Source: the human T2T-CHM13v2.0 reference genome, Homo sapiens. Taken from it: a stretch of DNA of 64,000 nucleotides. Location of the stretch: NCBI RefSeq assembly GCF_009914755.1, contig NC_060933.1. The stretch is one strand, 5' to 3'. Every line of letters begins with the position of its first letter. Position 1 is the stretch's first letter. Below are positions 57,261 to 64,000 of this stretch, one piece after another. Below the pieces are notes generated by a model that saw nothing but the letters and a program-made list of their open reading frames with translations, had not been told where the DNA came from and searched no databases. A program made the translations under genes and the position numbers.

Positions 57261-60200
57261 AAAGGGCAACAAAAAGAAACAATGACTTAGGACCAACTAA
57301 CTCCTCATTTCTGGTAAACCTCCAATATATAACTCATCCGAAACTAACAAACTAATGAGCAGACTCGAGCACACATTACAATTCCAATACTGGGGTGGGT
57401 TCATCTGGAAGTGACGTGGCTTGCAGGCTGAGGGTCCACAACGTTTTGCTAATATTACTATGCTTAATAAGACTTGCTGATGTTATTACATTATGAGCCA
57501 GGTTTTTAGTTAATACTCACTTAAAAAATTTTAGGCCAAAATGCTCAATCTTATTGATTGTGTAAAAAAAGCATTTTATATCACACCCTGTTTTCATGTA
57601 AACACATGTAACTGAAACATCTTGTCCCTTCTATCTGCAAAAGCATGTTGCTATTTTCTATTCTATTTTCTAAAACGTGCTGCTCATGCCCCATTAAATG
57701 GATTCTAAAACCCACCAGCGTGCTGTGGACCACAGCTAGAAAGACACTGCGGGCAAGGAAAGCTGGGCCTCCCCGTCTCATGTGTCCTGGTCTGGGGTCT
57801 CTAATGTGTACAGAGCACTAGAGCCACAATGGGTACTCTCTCTTGGTTGGCCAAGCTTGCGTTGCAAAAGAAAAAGTATGAATGTTACAAAGAGAAGTTC
57901 ATGCCCTATAGCAAAATCAAAGAGGCAGGAACCCTTGATGTCAAGGTCAGGCAAGTCCAGTCTAGAATAGCCAAGGCCCAGAGCATCTGAAGGCTGTAAG
58001 GGCAGTGAACCGACTCTTGGAAGCCACCTTTGGCCTGAGGAGCTCTTTGCACATCTAAGAACCAGCACGCAGTTGCAGTGCTAACTTAAAATAATGCAGC
58101 AGAAGTTAAATTTGCTTTTGTACTATTACACTTCTCCTAAACATGCCTTTTCTCTATGACTCATGATGATACATGGTCTTCACTTCCAGAGGACTTTATC
58201 TGGTATTATTTACTCTTGAATAACAGGATCTTTCTCCAGGGAAGTGGTTCAGATCGGCTCCTTCCCCTTGCACCTATTACTGTGTGGAACTGCCTGACTT
58301 TGCAGGGTGGATGCTGCCTGTTGGGGGGACACAGGTGGGATTGAGTGGTGCCTTTGGCCTGGCATGTCACAGGCACCTGGGCCTCTTGGTTGTGAGCTGG
58401 TGAGCTGGGCCCCTAAGCAGGACCACTAACAGCTGTCCCTTCTGCTTCACCTGATGGGGCCTGTTTAGTATAGGATGCAGACTGTCGCAGAAGAGGGAAT
58501 GGGTGGGGGGGAGGGGGAGATGAATTTGAGAGGCAACTGAAAAAAGGCTCTAGTTTATATAAACTTTAAGAACAATGTCCTCCATCGGGATGGGCTCAAG
58601 ATGTCATGTCATTCACTCTGATGATGTCAGTTAAGTTTCCTAAGGTTTGCACACTAGCCCAGTCTGTCTGCTTTTTGTGATCCTGGGCCAAGGAGGCCGT
58701 AGCCACAGAGGGCACAGGGGAGGTTCTGGAAGCATTAGCAGTTGCCATCTGGTGGCATCAGCTCCTGGCCTGTCCTCTCACTGGCCCTGCCTCCAGAACC
58801 TTTTCCGTCCTTCTTCCTTAACTGGCTTAAGCTTGGATTTTACTCACTCCATCCTCTCCTTGGCTCACACATCTGGCCTCTGGAGGCGAAGAGGAGAAAG
58901 GGTCCTCTAACGCCTGGGCCACAGCCCTCCCCCGCCCCACCATCACTCACCCACCTCCCCTCCCCAAAGCCCTTTCCCTTACTTGACTGAGTCACCCTTT
59001 ACCACCCTGGGGGCCTTGCTCTGTCCCTTGGGCCTCCCCACATGTCATGTCTCTTGCTCTGCACTCCAACCATTCCTTTAGTTCTTTAAACACACTGCAC
59101 ACCTCACTACAGGGCCTTTGCACATGTGCTTCCCTCTGCCTGCTCCGCACTTTTCTACTACCCCTCTAACCAGTGGTTTCCACTCTTGCTTCAGGTCTCA
59201 GCTGCCTTGCCACTTCCTCAGGGATGTCTTTTCAGCCCCGATTCTAAGCCAGCTCTCACAGCACCACCTGCCTCTCCTTTATGTGCTGTGGGTTAGCTAC
59301 ACTGAGGCAGTTGGAGACCCTGGGTGAATTCCTCAACTTCTCTGAGCCTTGGTTTCCTCATCTACAAACTGAAACTGACTTCTGTGGCTTTCGTAAGGAT
59401 TAAATGAATGACTATAATGTGTGACATGCTCAGAGCACAATGCTTGGCACAGAGTGATTCTGAATGGTCAATACCCGCATGGTGCCTGAGACATAAAGGC
59501 TCTTCTTCATGAATAAATCAATGCCCCAGTCTTTAGAGACTGTTTTGGTTGATTCACCTTCTGTGAGCCACCCTCAGGCTTCAGTTTCCTGGACGATGCC
59601 CTTCCTGACAGCCGAGATCTGCCCGCCTCTGACAACCTCCATACCTGCCTTACCCCCCTGCCCTCCCCCTTGACATCTAACAGCAGAGCAGAAGCGGTGC
59701 TGGTCCGGAAGTCAGGCATCACTGCCCAACTCTGAGCCTGGGCTTCCCTATATGTAAAGTGAGGTGGTCTAGGCCCACGCAACAACCAAGAAATGTTTAG
59801 AATCCAGCCATTTACAGAGGAGAAGGAACTAGTAAAGACTGGAGGAAAACTACTTGGCCTTGGGATGCCCAAGGCAATGCTAAGGGCATCCCTTTGAAGG
59901 ATCACCTTATAGCCTTCAGGCAGGTAATAAGAATGACGACAGTGACAACAAAAACCACCACCTCCAATCCTGGCAGGGCTGAGAGGAGCCGCCTCTGCAC
60001 AGCACAGTGCTGCAGAGAGGTGAAGAGAAAGAGGCCAGGAGGCCTCGGTTTAGCGTCTCCCTCCACTGCCCACCACCGCGTGACCTGGGCACCATGCTCC
60101 CCTCCCTAGACTGTGCACCCTCACCAGCCAGACAAGGTAAGTGTAAGGACATCGGCCTCCTTGGGCTGTCTACAGGACTGATGAGGAAACGTATGCAGTG

Positions 60201-61125
60201 ATTTGTAGATGATAAAGTACTACATAAATATTTATTTGCTGCTGGTGGTATGTGTCTGTTCAATATTTCTGTGCATAGTCCAGCAACATACAGAAACAAC
60301 CATAAAAGTGGCCATGCTCTCTGATATCTCCACATATCGTGGAACACAGCCCAAGGAACAGCAACAAAAAAAGAAAAAAAAGAGGAAAAAGGCAGAGATG
60401 TCCATTATGGCAATATTCATAATAGCAAAATTCCAGGCATGAGACTACTGTTCAACAAGTGGAAAGCTGTTAGGCCAAGTGTGAAAAAGCAGCAGGTAAA
60501 CAGGTACTGCGCATTGTTGCTGGAAAAAAAAAAAGCCACCCTTTATTAAGAAAAAAAAGCAGACAGCAAAGGAGTTCCAATAGCCCAATAGCAACTACAA
60601 CGAAGCTTGCAAAGTGAGTGGGGATTTGTCTTTTTTATTTTTGTGGTTCTTTTTTGTTTTTGGTGTGTGTGTGCCTTTGGGTGGGCGCGGGGTGAGGGCA
60701 CTGATATTTTTAGCTTTAAAGCTGATGAGAAATTTAACATGAGACAAAAATGTGGGAAGCCGACAATAGTGACTGACGGCTCTCTGTGTGCCAGGAGCTC
60801 TGCTGAGCATTTTAGTCCTTGACACACCACCATCATCCCCACCCTACAGACAGGGACAGTGAGGCTCAGAGAGGTGTTTGCCTCACCCCACACAGTGAAT
60901 AAGTGAAGGAGCTGGGATTCAAACCCAGGCCAGTCTGATCCCAGGGCCTGTTTGAGCCAAAGGCTCGAAGGCTCTGCTTTCACAGTGCTCCCGAGGGCCA
61001 CACCTAGCCCTGTGCATTGGTTACCTGAGCGAAGATTTCAGCTCTATCTGGGGAGAAACCTTACGGGGGAAGTCCGAAAAGGGAAAAGGCCATGCTGGGA
61101 GGTAGTGAGTGCTTGCTCACTGTCA

Positions 61126-61428
<303 letters not shown>

Positions 61429-61719
61429 TTATTAGTAGTAAACTGATGATGATTTACTACTTCTAAGTCCTGACTTTATGTTTAGAGTTTCGTTGAAAAC
61501 ATTTTTAAAAAATGAACTCTCCTCAGATCTGGCTCTTGGATTTTCTGAACAGATGCATTTTAGGAAGACCCTTAAAATGAGCCAGGTAAGAAAAATCTGG
61601 GATAGTCATCTGGGTGGCTAGAATAGGAGAAATCCAAGGCCCGCTATTAGAAAGGTAACTGCAATGTTGCTGTACTTTTAACAATATCGGATACTGTACA
61701 AACGTATGGCAGTACTCAC

Positions 61720-61754
61720 CTCATCTCCCTCACCACGCACGAGACAGAGACAGA
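61720..61754 (-). other. ANKS6: Candidate 35-nt frameshifting cassette (poison) exon of ANKS6
   Basis: Acceptor tctctcctttattgcttctgcttatttcctcactctctttccacag| and donor GAG|GTGAGT (actcac 61714-61719). Confidence 0.6.
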
Positions 61755-64000
61755 CTGTGGAAAGAGAGTGAGGAAATAAGCAGAAGCAATAAAGGAGAGA
61801 GGGCCATGGAGAAGGAGAGCAGAGCTCAGAATAAGGGCATCTCAAAACTGCAAGCCTTGGTTTCTATGGGTGAGATCCTAATGGCTCTGTCAACCCTGCC
61901 TGGCCCGTGGACAGGAAATCAGGCCCTCTGCTCCACTGGCTCCTGTTCCTCTTCAGCAAGGTGGAGGGAAGGTCAGAAGTGGCTCCAATGAAGCAAGCAC
62001 ACCCATCACCTTGCATGTCGGACAACAATGGCCTCTGGCATGGGGGTCCACACCTGGCAGGATCCAATCCAGGTCTACTGGGAAGCCAGTCTCACCATCA
62101 GACCAGAGGAGGGCAGTTAGCAGTATGTGTGCAAAGCACCTTCTGAGGACTTCAGATAGACGGAGTCATTTAACCCTCATGACATTGGCGGGGTAGATCA
62201 CTATCCCCACTTTGGAGACAGGGAAACTGAGGCACAGAGAGCTTTTTTTTTTTTTTTTTTAGCATTCAATGTAACATGGCCAGTAAGTGGCAGGGCCTGG
62301 CTTTGAACCCTGGCAGAGGGCTCCAGCATCCTCGCCGTTCTCCACAATGCCACATCACCCTTCAGCCGCAGATTCCCCGGCCTCCCTCATGGGCTTTTCC
62401 TGAGGGCAGTAGCCCCCTTGTTAACACGACTTGACCTTCCCTAAGCATTAAGGGATTGGGTCCCCAGTCCGGGCCCTTCCCCCTGGGGAGCTGCTATTGC
62501 AGACAATGCTACAGCTTCACAAATCAGACTCCAACAACAGCGCTTATCTGGGAGATGGGACAAAGAACTGGCTGCCCACACCCACGTCTTCAGCCAGAGC
62601 TAAGCAGGAGGAGGCTGTGCTGCCCTGGAGACAGATAGGGTGCCAATTCCCACTCACTGCCAGGGGACCTGGGCAGGTGCCTTACCTCAGTTTCCCCACT
62701 GAAAAATCACAAACAATCCCACCACATAAATTACAGGGTGGATGCGGGATCTACAAAGAGTTTACAAACAGCTTTATGATCTACATTTACAAACTACCAG
62801 ATACTATTACACTTTAGAGATATGCTACTGTCATTTAAAATAAAACTTGCATAACTTCTTGAAAATCCTTAGTCTTTCACTTTATAAGAAGGCTTTATTT
62901 TATATTCCCTCATACCTAACAAGATTAACATTTTTTTTCTTTAAAACATTTGATTTATGTAGGGATAGAGATTTTCTTTCTGAAATTTTCCCCGCCCCCA
63001 CCTCTCCTTTTCTCTGTTAACAGTCATTTTACTTTTCTGGATTAAAAACAAACAAAAACCTTCAGCCAGGTTTGAGTCACTGGGGAAGAGTCTGTTCCCT
63101 TAACCAGTCCTTAGCCCCCTCTGAGATGCAGGCACCCCCACCTCTCTGGCAACAGTAAGCTCCTGGCATCTCCTGGGTGTTTTATAAAAGCTCACGGAGT
63201 GCTGAGGGGCTGAATGGATAGGTGATGCAGTCTGAATGGAAACCACCTGCCCCCCGCCCTGCTGGACACGAGTCTTTCCCCACCATCCCAACCCCTAGCA
63301 GGGACCCCACATCCAGCGTGGCACCATGGCCAGTCCTCAGCGATTCTGACATCCTCAGCACCTGCCCTCTTGGTGAGGGGCCCTCCACCTCCTAACTGGT
63401 CTTTCCCTCCCAGTTATTCTTCCCCTTCTGCCCTTCCAACCCCTGTCCACCTCCACACCAGAGGTAACAGACCTTCCAGCCTGCATCTACCTCAAGCCCA
63501 TGGTGTACAGAAGCAAGTCCACATTGTCCAGGCCCTGACTGGTCAAGCTCCATTCCCTCCTCCTGATGGACTGGCCTTGGCCCAGTCCCAGCCAAGCCAG
63601 AGTACCACAGGCTCTCTCAATGAGTCCTGCTCCCTCTTCCCAGATGCCCTTCCAGGTCCGTTCCCCCTCTTTCTCCAAAGTTCAGCTTAGCTCTCAGCCC
63701 AGGTCTTCTCTGGCCCTCATTTCATAGACCCCCTTCTCTGGGCTCCAGAGTATTCTGGGCATCTGCATTTCCCAGCACCAGGCTCTGGCAGAGGGTCTGG
63801 CAGGGGCAGGGTCTCAAGTACTTAGTATGCGTTTGCTGAATGAATGAATGACAGCATCAATCAATCAATCTTCTGCCTCTCCATCTGCACTGACCTTCCC
63901 AATTCTGACCTCCGTCAACCCTGGGGGATGCCAAACCCTCAGGGCTTATTCTAGGTGGAGAGCACCAGAGACGGAATTCCTCTCCTACGACTACTTGTGA

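Overview
This is primate, very likely human, genomic DNA from the GABBR2-ANKS6 locus (9q22.33 by established knowledge); both genes are on the minus strand. Positions 1-24076 are the start of GABBR2 intron 1. GABBR2 coding exon 1 (24077-24397) sits in a ~3 kb CpG island. About 22 kb of repeat-rich intergenic DNA follows, then the 3' end of ANKS6: poly(A) signals at ~47.0 and ~47.7 kb, the last coding exon (52179-52283) and a SAM-domain exon (61219-61335). Nearly all other ORFs in the track are spurious (Alu, L1 or GC-rich artefacts). I found no prokaryote-style novel system. The most interesting structure is a hidden splicing architecture at the ANKS6 3' end: (1) the long 3' UTR looks like a retained ~4 kb intron hiding an in-frame terminal exon (SMVGWVRPEETASGKR*); (2) a second in-frame acceptor gives SCLKTWARPE...SK*; (3) a 35-nt frameshifting cassette exon with strong splice sites lies upstream of the SAM exon; (4) there are two tandem poly(A) sites. 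Other candidates are a GABBR2 uORF, a possible intronic terminal exon in frame with GABBR2 exon 1, an RFX/FOX/CRE motif cluster, an inverted MER31-like LTR pair, a MADE1 (miR-548-type) hairpin and two short dispersed duplications. Repeat subfamily names come from recognising consensus motifs by eye, and repeat boundaries are approximate unless TSDs are given.
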